From the IMG/VR virus record IMGVR_UViG_3300045988_005640: a stretch of 64,000 nucleotides of DNA; one strand, given 5' to 3'. Origin of the DNA: a virus. Its lineage: Duplodnaviria > Heunggongvirae > Uroviricota > Caudoviricetes. The position numbers and the translations under genes were made by a program. The notes below the pieces were generated by a model that saw nothing but the letters and a program-made list of their open reading frames with translations, did no database searches and was not told where the DNA came from. Positions 9,357-27,107 of the stretch are shown here, one piece after another; the stretch's first letter is position 1; every line of letters starts with the position of its first letter.

Positions 9357-10709
9357 ATGTGGAATCCAATTGTTAATGTAGATATTACATTGAACACCGC
9401 AGGAACTACAAGAGAAGGTTTTGGTTTGCCACTATTCTTAGCTTCAACAGATAACTTTGAAGAAAGAGTCCGTGGTTACACTTCCTTAACTGAAGTTGCT
9501 GAAGATTTCGATGAAAACTCTGCTGCATATAAGGCTGCTAAACAACTTTGGAGTCAGACTCCTAAAGTAACTCAGCTTTATATTGGTAGACGTGCTATGC
9601 AGTACACTGTATCAATTCCTGATGCCGTTACCGAAAGTACAGACTACTCAATTACTGTAGCTGCTGGCGGTGGAATTTCTCAACCATACCAGTACACAGC
9701 ACAAGATTCAGACACTGCTGAGGTAGTGTTGCAACAGTTTAAAACACAGATTGAAGCTGACCCAACAATCAAAGATAAGGTTTCTGTGAATGTAACTGGT
9801 AGCAATGGCTCTGCCACAATGATTATTACCAAAGCTGGTGATAATGACTTTGTGAAAGTAACAACCACAGCACAGACTGTACATATTGCAAGTACAACTG
9901 CCGATACAGCATCAACTGCTCTGGCAGCTATCGAAGCTTATTCTACCGACTGGTATTTCATTGCAGCAGAAGACAGAACTCAACAGTTTGTCTTAGCAAT
10001 GGCTTCTGAGATTCAGGCTCGCAAGAAAATCTTCTTTACAGCTAACTCTGATGTAGCAGCACTGCAAGGGACAGAATTAGCCAGTGCAAATGATGTTCCA
10101 GCACAGCTTGCTAAGAATATGTACACTCGCACAGTTTGCTTGTGGCATCACGCAGCAGCAGAAGATTACCCAGAGATGGCATACATTGCTTATGGTGCTC
10201 CATATGATGCAGGTTCAATTGCTTGGGGTAATGCTCAGCTAACTGGTGTAGCAGCTTCTCTACAACCTTCTAATCAGAGACCTCTGACAAGTATTCAGAA
10301 GTCAGCTTTAGATGCACGTCACTGTAACTTTATTGACCTTGATGGTGGTGTTCCAGTGGTTCGTAGAGGGATTACTTCTGGTGGGGAATGGATTGATATC
10401 ATCCGTGGTGTTGACTGGTTAGAATCAGACCTGAAAACTTCTCTGAGAGACTTGCTAATTAACCAGAAGGGTGGTAAGATTACTTATGATGATACTGGTA
10501 TTACCCGTATTCGTCAAGTCATTGAAACCTCTCTGCAAAGAGCAGTCAACAGAAACTTCCTGTCATCTTACACAGTTAATGTTCCTAAAGCCTCTCAAGT
10601 TGCTTTGGCAGACAAGAAAGCTCGTATCCTGAAAGATGTTACCTTCGCAGGTATCTTAGCAGGGGCTATCTTGGATGTTGACTTGAAAGGTACAGTGGCT
10701 TACGAATAA
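9357..10709 (+). CDS. Tail sheath protein (by synteny)
   Basis: 450-aa ORF directly upstream of tube candidate, chaperone frameshift pair and tape measure. Confidence 0.45.
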   Translation: MWNPIVNVDITLNTAGTTREGFGLPLFLASTDNFEERVRGYTSLTEVAEDFDENSAAYKAAKQLWSQTPKVTQLYIGRRAMQYTVSIPDAVTESTDYSITVAAGGGISQPYQYTAQDSDTAEVVLQQFKTQIEADPTIKDKVSVNVTGSNGSATMIITKAGDNDFVKVTTTAQTVHIASTTADTASTALAAIEAYSTDWYFIAAEDRTQQFVLAMASEIQARKKIFFTANSDVAALQGTELASANDVPAQLAKNMYTRTVCLWHHAAAEDYPEMAYIAYGAPYDAGSIAWGNAQLTGVAASLQPSNQRPLTSIQKSALDARHCNFIDLDGGVPVVRRGITSGGEWIDIIRGVDWLESDLKTSLRDLLINQKGGKITYDDTGITRIRQVIETSLQRAVNRNFLSSYTVNVPKASQVALADKKARILKDVTFAGILAGAILDVDLKGTVAYE

Positions 10710-10724
10710 TAGAGGTAAATTGGA

Positions 10725-11171
10725 ATGGCTATGTATCAGCAATATTCCCCTAAAGACGTTGTATGTAGCTGGAATGGTATTGCCATTGAAGGCTTTGCCC
10801 CAGATTCATTCTTACGTCTACAGAGAACATCACCACTTGTGACACCAGTTGTTGGTGCAGGTGGTCAGGTTGCTCTGACAAGAAATGCAGACAAGACAGG
10901 TACTATTGAGATTGAGCTAATGCAGACTTCTCTCTCTAACCAGATGCTTTCTGCAATTCAAGCTAAACAAGACAATATGGAACTTGAAGAAGATATCTCT
11001 TCTAACTTCGTAATCTACGACCCATCAGGCTCTGTTCTGGCAACCGGTATTAATGCTTGGTTGCAGGAATTACCACAGATTGAACTTGGTCGTGACCAGA
11101 ACTCTAAAACTTGGATTTTTGGTTGTGAGAAGCTAGACTACACTTCTACAATTCCAGCGTCAAGTGTTTAA
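10725..11171 (+). CDS. Tail tube protein (by synteny)
   Basis: 148-aa ORF between sheath candidate and chaperone genes, followed by a strong terminator. Confidence 0.45.
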   Translation: MAMYQQYSPKDVVCSWNGIAIEGFAPDSFLRLQRTSPLVTPVVGAGGQVALTRNADKTGTIEIELMQTSLSNQMLSAIQAKQDNMELEEDISSNFVIYDPSGSVLATGINAWLQELPQIELGRDQNSKTWIFGCEKLDYTSTIPASSV

Positions 11172-11181
11172 TAAATCCTAT

Positions 11182-11220
11182 AAGGGGGAGACTTTAAAAG
11201 GTCTTCCCCTTTTTTGTTTC
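11182..11220 (+). terminator. Intrinsic terminator after tube gene
   Basis: Stem aagggggagact/ggtcttcccctt with loop ttaaaa, then T-rich tract. Confidence 0.6.
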
Positions 11221-11244
11221 TTTTAAAAGTATTAAGGAATCACA

Positions 11245-11643
11245 ATGAAAACAGAATCTAGAGTAATTAATGGCAAGAAAGTAAATATCGTTCTGCTTGG
11301 GGCAAGAGATGGTATTAAGATGTCTATGAAGTTGGGTAAAATTGTTGTTCCAACTTTTGCACAGATGCTGTCAAGTCTGACTGACAAGGGTAAGAAAGAA
11401 GCTCCAATGGTTCCATTTAAAGAACTTGTTGAAGCTTGTTTTGACAGAATTGAAGAAATTAACCTTGAAGAAATGGCTACCCTGTTATTTCAAGGGGCAA
11501 CTGTTGATGACTTCCCACTTAATATTGATACATACTTCCAAGCAAACTATGGTGAATTTATTGATTACTTAGCATTTGCGCTGGAGGCAAACTTCGGAAG
11601 TTTTTTCGAAGCAAGCATTTTCAAAAGCCTAACTTCTCAGTAA
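11245..11643 (+). CDS. Tail assembly chaperone (G-like product)
   Basis: 132-aa ORF immediately upstream of tape measure gene; contains slippery heptamer near its 3-prime end. Confidence 0.55.
   Translation: MKTESRVINGKKVNIVLLGARDGIKMSMKLGKIVVPTFAQMLSSLTDKGKKEAPMVPFKELVEACFDRIEEINLEEMATLLFQGATVDDFPLNIDTYFQANYGEFIDYLAFALEANFGSFFEASIFKSLTSQ
11601..11607 (+). promoter_or_regulatory. Candidate -1 programmed ribosomal frameshift slippery site T_TTT_TTC
   Basis: Heptamer in X_XXY_YYZ register relative to the 11245 ORF frame; the -1 frame is open from 11565 to 11885. Confidence 0.5.
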
Positions 11644-11645
11644 AC

Positions 11646-11884
11646 ATGGGTAACACTCTACAGACACCACTAACTGATGCTGCTGTAGAGGCAACCTATG
11701 AAGAAGCAGACGAGATGAAATTTGTGCTTGCTATTTATGGTATGGAAGGGTGTAAAGAAACACTTGACCAACTCTTTGCTATGACATTCTCTGATTTATT
11801 ATCATTGAGACAATTTCTTGAAATTCAGAGGTCGTATAAAGAGGAAATTGCTTACAACGAACTTAGAAGAGCAGGAAAAATGTA

Positions 11885-11885
<1 letters not shown>
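11646..11885 (+). CDS. Tail assembly chaperone -1 frame extension (GT-like fusion C-terminus)
   Basis: 79-aa ORF in -1 frame relative to upstream chaperone; frame open upstream through the slippery site; ends at tape measure start. Confidence 0.5.
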
Positions 11886-19913
<8,028 letters not shown>

Positions 19914-19915
19914 TA

Positions 19916-21103
19916 ATGGCGGTAGGTGAAATTCAAATTAGTGCCTTGCCTCAAGCAGCCTTACCAATTGACCTTAGTGATATCTTCCATCTTAAGCAGG
20001 GTATTGAGGATAAGAGATGTACTCTTGAGCAATTACTTGCTCCACACTCAAGCCTAAGAAATAACCCTCATGGTGTTACTAAAACACAAATTGGTTTAGA
20101 TAACGTTATCAATGCTCTTCAGTTAGTTGCTGCAAATAACTTATCAGACGTTACTAATGTAGCTCAGGCAAGAGCAAATCTACAGATTATGTCTTCAGAA
20201 GAGGTTAATAATCTTGTTCAACAGCATATTCAGGACAAGAGCAACCCACATAATACAACTAAGGCACAGGTAGGATTGAGTAATGTTCAGAACTGGACAA
20301 CATCTAACCTTTATAACGAAGATGCAGATAAGTATGCTACAGCAAGAGCAGTAAATAACTTGTACAAGGCTGTTCAGGCTTCCTATCCAGTAGGTACTAT
20401 CCATCTTTCCATGAACTCTGCAAACCCTTCTACATATTTAATTTGTGGAGGTACTTGGGAGTTAGTTTCAAAGGGTAGAGCATTGGTTGGTTATGACTCT
20501 GACACAAGACCAGCAGGTTCTGTATTTGGTGCTTCAACTGTCACTTTGTCAGTTAATAACATGCCTCAACACTCTCACTCTGTGTCTCTTAGTGGTGGTG
20601 GTCATACTCATAATGCAACTGTGTCAATTTCAGCTTTTGACTATGGAACTAAGACTACCAACTCTTTTGACTATGGAACTAAGACCACTAACACAACTGG
20701 TAACCATAACCATGTTGGTAGTGGGTCAACAAGTTCTGCTGGTGCTCATAACCACAGATTGACCTATGAAGCAGGCGGTGGCCTATCGGAAAGACCTGCA
20801 ATGGTTTGGTCTACAAGGAATGACCAATCATGGTACTCAGCAGATGCTGTCTGTGAAGTAGCTGGTGCACACACCCACTCTTTCAGTGTTACCACTAATA
20901 CAACTGGTAACCACAACCATACAGTTGGTATTGGTGCTCACAGCCATACAGTTGGTATTGGTTCACATACACACAATGGCACTGTAACAGTTTCTTCTTC
21001 TGAGCATACGCATAGCGGGAACACTAACAGTGTTGGTGGTGGACAAGCTTTTAACATTGAGCAGCCATCCTTCGTACTGTATGTATGGCAGAGAACAGCT
21101 TAA
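19916..21103 (+). CDS. Tail fiber protein with His-x-His repeat tip
   Basis: 395 aa; C-terminal third packed with HxH motifs (HSHS, HTHN, HNHV, HNHR, HTHS, HNHT, HSHT) and Gly/Thr/Ser-rich repeats; C-terminus ...YVWQRTA. Confidence 0.6.
   Translation: MAVGEIQISALPQAALPIDLSDIFHLKQGIEDKRCTLEQLLAPHSSLRNNPHGVTKTQIGLDNVINALQLVAANNLSDVTNVAQARANLQIMSSEEVNNLVQQHIQDKSNPHNTTKAQVGLSNVQNWTTSNLYNEDADKYATARAVNNLYKAVQASYPVGTIHLSMNSANPSTYLICGGTWELVSKGRALVGYDSDTRPAGSVFGASTVTLSVNNMPQHSHSVSLSGGGHTHNATVSISAFDYGTKTTNSFDYGTKTTNTTGNHNHVGSGSTSSAGAHNHRLTYEAGGGLSERPAMVWSTRNDQSWYSADAVCEVAGAHTHSFSVTTNTTGNHNHTVGIGAHSHTVGIGSHTHNGTVTVSSSEHTHSGNTNSVGGGQAFNIEQPSFVLYVWQRTA
20635..20694 (+). repeat. In-frame 30-nt tandem duplication inside tail fiber gene
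   Basis: ttttgactatggaactaagactaccaactc followed by ttttgactatggaactaagaccactaacac (28/30 identical) encoding FDYGTKTTNS-FDYGTKTTNT. Confidence 0.8.
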
Positions 21104-21112
21104 TTTCTTTAC

Positions 21113-21134
21113 AGGGGCTTGATAGCCCCTTTTA
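21113..21134 (+). terminator. Putative terminator between tail fiber genes
   Basis: Stem aggggct/agcccct with loop tgat followed by tttt. Confidence 0.5.
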
Positions 21135-21149
21135 AGAGGAAAATTTATA

Positions 21150-23531
21150 ATGGCAGATTACAAGTTGAGTGAATTAAACTCAATCGATACAATCCGTTCA
21201 GACGACCTTCTTCATGTCAGGGTTAAAAAGAGACCTGAAATGCTGGGTGATGAAGACCGTCGAATGACCTATCAAGACTTCTTAGCATCTTTTAAACTTG
21301 AAAGATTTGTTCAGATTGCTGGTAGCACTATGGCGGGTGACTTAGGGATTGTTAAGCTACTTTATGGTGGTAAGGTAGTATTTGACCCTACAGGCTCTTC
21401 TGAGATTAATATTGGGGATGTTTTAAAGACTTTTAAAATTAACGCAAATGGTCTTAAACTAACTATTGCAGATGCTTCAAGGTCAGCAACTGTTTACCAT
21501 ACTCTGAATAAACCAAGTCCTAATGAGCTTGGGATGAGAACTAATGAAGAGAATGATGCGAGATACGCAAGGCTTGCTGTTACAAATAACTTCAGCATTA
21601 GACAAGCAATTGTAACTGATGGTGAGCAGTTAACCCTTAAGAAAGCAACCAATGCAGGTGCTTCATATATTCAAGGTAGGGATGCTAATAACCAGCAAAC
21701 TTGGTATGTTGGACAAGGAAATGCAAACAATACTAATGTCTATTTGTACAATCATGCCACTGGCTCAATGTTGACACTTGATGCAACAGCATCGTTTAAC
21801 AAGACACTAAGAGTTATGGGTCAAGTTCAACCTTCTGACTTCTCTAACTTAGATGCTAGGTACTTCACTCAGACAGTGGCTAATCAGAGATTTGCACAGT
21901 TAAATGCTAGTAATGTTCTTTATGGTGCTAATACATTTAAAAAAGATGTTGTATTTAACTCAGATATCCCTGTCATTCTTAAGAATCTAACAGCTAACAA
22001 ACCATTATATATTCTAGGTAGAGATGACCAAAACTCCAACTTGTGGTTTGTTGGTAAAGGTGGTTCGGGGACAGAGATTAAATTTTATAACTACTCTAGT
22101 GATACGGTTTTAGAGTTGTCTGAGACGGCAAGATTTAATAAAACTTTGAGGATTACTGGTCAAGTTCAACCTTCTGATTGGACTAACATTGACTCTAGAT
22201 ACATTCCAGCAGCCACTTTGAGTAATCTTGCTAAACTTAATGTGGCAAACACTTTCGTGAATGTGCAGACTATCGTATCAAATAACGAAGGTTTAGTATT
22301 AAGAAACTTGACACAGGGGCAACCACTATATATCCGTGGTGTGGATACCGCGAACGTATCGAGGTGGTGGTTAGGTGTAGGTGGCGCAAACTCTAATGTG
22401 GTAACCTTAAACAATAGTTACTCTGGTACTCAAATTGCCCTTGAACCATCAGCAATTGTTGCGAATAAGAATTTAGCCATTACTGGTAAAGTTCAACCTT
22501 CTGATTGGTCTAACTTAGATGCTAGATATTTTGTTAAAACTCAGTTATTAAACCAATCTTTAATGACTGTCTCTGTAGATAACCTTGGAAACCCTTCAGG
22601 TTTTAATCTTGGATATTCAGGTTTTGTCAGAAACAATGCGGTTACTAGTGGACTGAAAGAATTGGCAATTCATGTTGCGCACTCTAATAAGACTGCTGCA
22701 CATGCAAGAGGAATCTCTTTTGTGTATGGCTCAAATGGACTGGCAACATTTACCTATGCCTATGACAAAAATGGTGACTATGCTGGAGAAGCACAGATTT
22801 ATACAACTGATTTTAAACCAACCCCTTCAGATATTGGTGCATACACTAAAGCTGAAACTGACCAGAAGATTGCACAGGCAGTAAGTGACTCTACAGACCT
22901 TAACAAAATCTATCCAGTAGGTATTGTAACGTGGTTTAACAGTAACGTTAACCCTAATACAGCACTTCCTGGTCTAACTTGGACGTACCTGAACAATGGT
23001 GTTGGTAGAACTATCAGGATTGCAGCAGCAAATGGTTCAGATGTTGCTACAACAGGTGGTTCAGACTCTGTGACGTTAGCTGTTGGTAACTTACCTTCAC
23101 ACACTCATAGCTTCTCTGCTACCACTTCATCTTTTGATTATGGTACGAAGAGCACTAATAGTACTGGTGGTCATACTCACTCTGTAAGTGGTACAACAAG
23201 TGCTGCTGGTAACCACGCTCACCACTTAGGTCTGCTATTGGTTAATGGTGGTGATGCTCAGTACGGTTATACAACTGTTAGCAATAACAAGACAAGAACT
23301 CTTGACTGGCTTGACAGAACTGATAACAAATTCCCTAACACTAACACAACTGGTAACCATACACACACATGGTCTGGTACTACAAGTAACACTGGTGCTC
23401 ACACCCACTCTGTAGGTATCGGTGCTCACACTCATACAGTTAGTGGTAACACTGGTGGTACAGGTTCTGGTTCAGCATTTAGTGTTACTAACCAGTTCTA
23501 CAAGTTAATGGCTTGGGTAAGAACTGCTTAA
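21150..23531 (+). CDS. Large tail fiber protein with three internal repeats and His-x-His tip
   Basis: 793 aa; three repeats each containing GQVQPSD(F/W)(S/T)N(L/I)D(A/S)RY; C-terminal region with HTHS/HAHH/HTHT motifs and ending ...MAWVRTA, homologous in pattern to the preceding fiber tip. Confidence 0.6.
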   Translation: MADYKLSELNSIDTIRSDDLLHVRVKKRPEMLGDEDRRMTYQDFLASFKLERFVQIAGSTMAGDLGIVKLLYGGKVVFDPTGSSEINIGDVLKTFKINANGLKLTIADASRSATVYHTLNKPSPNELGMRTNEENDARYARLAVTNNFSIRQAIVTDGEQLTLKKATNAGASYIQGRDANNQQTWYVGQGNANNTNVYLYNHATGSMLTLDATASFNKTLRVMGQVQPSDFSNLDARYFTQTVANQRFAQLNASNVLYGANTFKKDVVFNSDIPVILKNLTANKPLYILGRDDQNSNLWFVGKGGSGTEIKFYNYSSDTVLELSETARFNKTLRITGQVQPSDWTNIDSRYIPAATLSNLAKLNVANTFVNVQTIVSNNEGLVLRNLTQGQPLYIRGVDTANVSRWWLGVGGANSNVVTLNNSYSGTQIALEPSAIVANKNLAITGKVQPSDWSNLDARYFVKTQLLNQSLMTVSVDNLGNPSGFNLGYSGFVRNNAVTSGLKELAIHVAHSNKTAAHARGISFVYGSNGLATFTYAYDKNGDYAGEAQIYTTDFKPTPSDIGAYTKAETDQKIAQAVSDSTDLNKIYPVGIVTWFNSNVNPNTALPGLTWTYLNNGVGRTIRIAAANGSDVATTGGSDSVTLAVGNLPSHTHSFSATTSSFDYGTKSTNSTGGHTHSVSGTTSAAGNHAHHLGLLLVNGGDAQYGYTTVSNNKTRTLDWLDRTDNKFPNTNTTGNHTHTWSGTTSNTGAHTHSVGIGAHTHTVSGNTGGTGSGSAFSVTNQFYKLMAWVRTA
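21780..22560 (+). repeat. Three tandem intragenic repeats of about 335 nt in fiber gene
   Basis: Conserved core ggtcaagttcaaccttctga at 21819, 22158 and (ggtaaagttcaaccttctga) 22495. Confidence 0.6.
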
Positions 23532-23538
23532 TCCCTTG

Positions 23539-23567
23539 TTGACTGATTGTTGAGATGGTGTTAATAT
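23539..23567 (+). promoter_or_regulatory. Sigma70-like promoter TTGACT-N17-TAATAT
   Basis: -35 ttgact 23539-23544, 17-nt spacer, -10 taatat 23562-23567; upstream of small genes at 23611. Confidence 0.5.
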
Positions 23568-23610
23568 TCTTTATGGGTATTCTCACCATCTTGGCTGATG
23601 AGGTGATTAA

Positions 23611-23805
23611 ATGCCTACAATCCTAGCAATTCTTCTAAAAAATCTAGGTAGCTTCTTCTGGAAACTCATTTTATCCCTTCTAAGTGAATACATGATTGAG
23701 AAAGTGTTCTTTAAGCTTGCAAGACACCTTGCGAGTAAAACAGACACACCTATTGATGATGAGTTCGTAGATAACTTAGAAAAAGCTTTTAAGGGGGAGA
23801 AATAA
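23611..23805 (+). CDS. Small protein with hydrophobic/amphipathic N-terminus
   Basis: 64-aa ORF; N-terminal ILAILLKNLGSFFWKLILSLL segment, acidic C-terminus. Confidence 0.3.
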   Translation: MPTILAILLKNLGSFFWKLILSLLSEYMIEKVFFKLARHLASKTDTPIDDEFVDNLEKAFKGEK

Positions 23806-24177
23806 ATGAAGTGGCTAGAGGAAGCTTTTAAAAATAATATTGGTGCAATTGTAGTTGGTATTTTTAGTGTTATTGGGATGTATACCACGATGCAGGTTTC
23901 AAGTGGTAAACAAGAAGTGTCTGTCACAACAAAGTTACAGCAGCTAGATAATTATTCCAAAAGTAACTATTCAGCTATTCGTGATTTACAGTCTGACATG
24001 AGACTGATTCAGCTAGGGATGGAGAACCAGAAAGTTCAGTTAGAGAATGTTAAGGGTGAAAACGCAAAACTTACCAAAACTCTTGATAAATTCTCTGACA
24101 GTGTGAATAATCTGGCTCAATCAGTATCAGCCCTCCAAGCTATTACTGAAAAGAACACAAAGAATACTGAAAAATAA
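23806..24177 (+). CDS. Single-pass membrane protein with coiled-coil domain
   Basis: 123 aa; predicted TM helix IGAIVVGIFSVIGMYTTM followed by heptad-like Gln/Leu/Asn-rich region. Confidence 0.35.
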   Translation: MKWLEEAFKNNIGAIVVGIFSVIGMYTTMQVSSGKQEVSVTTKLQQLDNYSKSNYSAIRDLQSDMRLIQLGMENQKVQLENVKGENAKLTKTLDKFSDSVNNLAQSVSALQAITEKNTKNTEK

Positions 24178-24182
24178 AGTTT

Positions 24183-24215
24183 AAGGCTCCTTTTTACGGG
24201 AGCCTTTTTTGTTTT
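24183..24215. terminator. Intrinsic terminator at convergent gene junction
   Basis: Stem aaggctcc/ggagcctt, then tttttt; sits between plus-strand gene end (24177) and minus-strand thyA end (24214). Confidence 0.6.
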
Positions 24216-25113
24216 ACTTGCCTACTGACAGAGGTGCTTCAATCTTCCCTGCATGTTGGTAGTTGTTAATGCCACCAATAAAATCACTTGCAGTAAGATG
24301 TTTTAAGTCACTTAAAGTGTTAAGCTGTACACCAATCTCAAAAGTAGGTGCATGGAACTCTTCATTGTTCATCAGTTCATAAACCTGCTTCATATGGTTC
24401 TGATAAATCTGAGTATCTCCAAAGACACCTATCAAGTATCGTGGAGTGTATCCAGTCATCTTACAAAGAACTTCCAGAATAAAACCATAAGATGCAATGT
24501 TAAACGGAAGTCCTAAAAATGTGTCTACAGAACGCTGATACCATTGCAAATCTACTTCACCTTCGTTGGTGATATAAATCTGAAACAGAACATGACAAGG
24601 TGCTAAAGCCATCGAGTTTGCTGCAATATCTGCTGCATTCCAAGCATTAACAAGCATGTAGCGGTCTGTGATATCACCTTTCATCTTTGTTACTAAGGTC
24701 TCTAACTGGTCTACAACACAACCATTATGACCTTCAAAGTTTCTCCACTGAACCCCGTAGATTCTCCCACCTGCATCTTCTAACCAATCTTGTTCAGAAG
24801 AATAATTAGAGCTTAACCAGCGTTTAAAATCATCTGACCAGATAGTCCAACGCTCCCCATCATTTTCACCCCAAGTACGATAACGGAGTTCACCAAGTTT
24901 ATTCTCACCATTCAGGAACCATAAAGCTTCCCCAATAACTTGCCGTGTAAACACCTGTTTAGATGTTAAGAGTGGAAAACCAGTACGCATATCAAAGCGA
25001 AACTGTGGTGGAGCAAATGCAGAGATAACATCTCCAGTTCGTGTAGTACGCAGTTCACCAACGGATAAAACATGGTTCAGGATATTTTTGTAACTCAAAT
25101 CAGCTTGTGACAT
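24214..25113 (-). CDS. thyA: Thymidylate synthase
   Basis: 299 aa; active-site region ALAPCHVLFQ (catalytic Cys in PCH), N-terminal RTGDVISAFAPPQFRFDM block typical of ThyA. Confidence 0.85.
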   Translation of the reverse strand: MSQADLSYKNILNHVLSVGELRTTRTGDVISAFAPPQFRFDMRTGFPLLTSKQVFTRQVIGEALWFLNGENKLGELRYRTWGENDGERWTIWSDDFKRWLSSNYSSEQDWLEDAGGRIYGVQWRNFEGHNGCVVDQLETLVTKMKGDITDRYMLVNAWNAADIAANSMALAPCHVLFQIYITNEGEVDLQWYQRSVDTFLGLPFNIASYGFILEVLCKMTGYTPRYLIGVFGDTQIYQNHMKQVYELMNNEEFHAPTFEIGVQLNTLSDLKHLTASDFIGGINNYQHAGKIEAPLSVGK

Positions 25114-25114
25114 A

Positions 25115-25660
25115 TCAAAAGTGTCCTTTTACTTGTGGAACATAGATTTCAAAGGTTGCTTTACCATCTACTGATGGTTTTGACTGAATCTTAGCGAAAA
25201 TTTGACGGTCATGCAACTTATCAAAGAAATTCTCAAAAGGTAGATGCACAGTTGCCTCTTCAGTAACTTCATGGAAAACTGTATGGAACACTACATCAGC
25301 ATACGGTAAAGCACTGACAAGAATACCTACACCACCAATTACGAAGACGTCTTCTTCAATATTACTATCAAGATACTTTAAAAATGCTCCAAAAGAATCT
25401 TGATGCGCCTTAGCAAACATAACATCATCTTTGGTGAAGTCCATACCATAATAAGGCACAGAATTTGTTAAGATGAGGTTTGTACGTTCTGGTAAAGGTT
25501 TACTACCCAGAGTCTTAAAAGTCTCATTACCCATGACTACTAAATTGTCTTTAGTGAGTCTCTTAAACTCTTGCATATCTTGTTTATGTCGAGGCCACGG
25601 CATACCAGTTGGAGTACCAAACTCCCCATTTTCACCACTTGCAAAGATTAATTTAATCAT
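25115..25660 (-). CDS. frd: Dihydrofolate reductase
   Basis: 181 aa; N-terminal IFASGENGEFG and VVMGNETFKTLG blocks typical of DHFR; adjacent to thyA. Confidence 0.7.
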   Translation of the reverse strand: MIKLIFASGENGEFGTPTGMPWPRHKQDMQEFKRLTKDNLVVMGNETFKTLGSKPLPERTNLILTNSVPYYGMDFTKDDVMFAKAHQDSFGAFLKYLDSNIEEDVFVIGGVGILVSALPYADVVFHTVFHEVTEEATVHLPFENFFDKLHDRQIFAKIQSKPSVDGKATFEIYVPQVKGHF

Positions 25661-25917
25661 TTTGTAAACCCTTTCTTAATGAACCAGTTGATAACATTCT
25701 TCACAGCTTTATTGCTATGGTAGATTAAGTGCGGTGTAGGTTGGTATGAACCATAAGCCCAGAAAGCAATGATTTCATTACATCCTGTACACCTTGTACT
25801 CTCTTCAGCAATATGACCGTTGACTATTTCACTTACCTCACCTTGTAAGTCTGTACACCCACAATGTGGACATCGGATAGGTGTTCCATCAGACTCATAG
25901 CAGTGTTCAATTTTCAT
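25657..25917 (-). CDS. Small zinc-ribbon protein
   Basis: 86 aa with CPHCGC...CTGCNE Cys pairs; ATGA overlap with frd. Confidence 0.35.
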   Translation of the reverse strand: MKIEHCYESDGTPIRCPHCGCTDLQGEVSEIVNGHIAEESTRCTGCNEIIAFWAYGSYQPTPHLIYHSNKAVKNVINWFIKKGFTK

Positions 25918-26433
25918 TTACTTAACCTCAAAAACTGGCTCAAGAACCAATATAAAGTCTACACAGTCATCTTCTTCATCCAGAATACCATCAAAGTTCT
26001 TAGGAACGAAGTCGAAGAGGCTCATCACAAAGCAGTCAGAAGTGACCTTGATAGTTCCTCCCATGTTCTCTACAGTTAACACTGTACGACTTTCTTTTAC
26101 CTCCCTCAGAAGATTACCCACAAAGTCATCTAAGAAGTACTTCATCAGTGACTTAAAACCTTTAGGATAATCTGTACCAGAGTATGTTTCAATCTGAGGC
26201 ACAAGCTTAACATTTATACTAGTCTTTGTTAAGAACGTGTTAGAGAACATACTATCAGGTAACTTACAAACACTCTTTCCAGTACCTTCATGTTCAATCT
26301 CAACAAAACCAGCTTCGTCGCCACATGTAACTATTTTAAAAGATGCTTCATTCTCATACTGTGAAGCCATAAACTTTTTAAGCATCTCTTTAAGGAAATC
26401 TGCATGAGCATCTTGTAAGTAGATATCAATCAT
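25918..26433 (-). CDS. Hypothetical protein
   Basis: 171-aa ORF, tightly packed in minus-strand operon. Confidence 0.3.
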   Translation of the reverse strand: MIDIYLQDAHADFLKEMLKKFMASQYENEASFKIVTCGDEAGFVEIEHEGTGKSVCKLPDSMFSNTFLTKTSINVKLVPQIETYSGTDYPKGFKSLMKYFLDDFVGNLLREVKESRTVLTVENMGGTIKVTSDCFVMSLFDFVPKNFDGILDEEDDCVDFILVLEPVFEVK

Positions 26434-26446
26434 AGTTAATCACCTA

Positions 26447-26806
26447 TTATGGGAACAAACACTTAATGTCATCGTTTTTGAAAACGAAACTTGTGTAGTT
26501 ATAACCATCAACATCCAACCAAACAGCCTGAACATCTACACCATCAAGATTCTGGTAAAGCTCTTTGATGAAGTGGTCTTTCACAATCTGGCTACTAGTG
26601 GTTTCCAGCTTGATGTTTGAGATTGCTGAACCTACAGCCATATAGCCCATGACACGTTTCTTCTCAGTGTGCTTAATCTTACCATCTTTGTAAGCCATAA
26701 TGAGATTGGAGAGAATCTTCACACCATAATACTTTTCAAGGTGAGTTGGTACGCCATAAAAGCCTAATGCGAAGTTTTCAGAGTGGATAATGTTTTCACG
26801 TTTCAT
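26447..26806 (-). CDS. Hypothetical protein
   Basis: 119-aa ORF directly downstream of HTH gene. Confidence 0.3.
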   Translation of the reverse strand: MKRENIIHSENFALGFYGVPTHLEKYYGVKILSNLIMAYKDGKIKHTEKKRVMGYMAVGSAISNIKLETTSSQIVKDHFIKELYQNLDGVDVQAVWLDVDGYNYTSFVFKNDDIKCLFP

Positions 26807-26807
26807 A

Positions 26808-27107
26808 TTAATCTGCCAACCTTAAATTGAAATTAACACCAAATTTTTCACATACTTCCAACATATACTCAAGGGAGACGTTACCAGTGAGATGGATTAT
26901 GTTGGATACACGAGCCTGAGAGATACCACAAATTTTAGCAACTTGCTCTTGAGAAAGACCTCTGGATTTAATCTCTCTCTTAAAACGATGTGCAACGAAG
27001 TCTCTCATTTCGTCTACATCCATTGGACAAATATAACTCTCCATTTCAGCCTCTCTATCAGCCTCCCAATCATCTTGTGGGGCATAAGGGTCAAAAACCT
27101 CATTCAT
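26808..27107 (-). CDS. HTH (XRE-like) DNA-binding protein
   Basis: C-terminal LSQEQVAKICGISQARVSNIIH helix-turn-helix; ATG at 27107 preferred over ORF-track TTG at 27137. Confidence 0.5.
   Translation of the reverse strand: MNEVFDPYAPQDDWEADREAEMESYICPMDVDEMRDFVAHRFKREIKSRGLSQEQVAKICGISQARVSNIIHLTGNVSLEYMLEVCEKFGVNFNLRLAD

Noticed and set aside
20560-23531. Possible CRISPR-like or other regular repeat array suggested by repetitive nucleotide patterns in the fiber genes
   Set aside because: Repeats are in-frame codon repeats (His-x-His and Gly/Thr-rich units) inside long ORFs, not spacer-separated direct repeats; no CRISPR array seen anywhere in the window.
23806-24177. Calling the 123-aa single-TM coiled-coil protein a holin
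   Set aside because: Topology (one N-terminal TM plus long coiled coil) fits several roles including spanin-like or assembly proteins; it is distant from the endolysin/spanin cassette; left as membrane protein.
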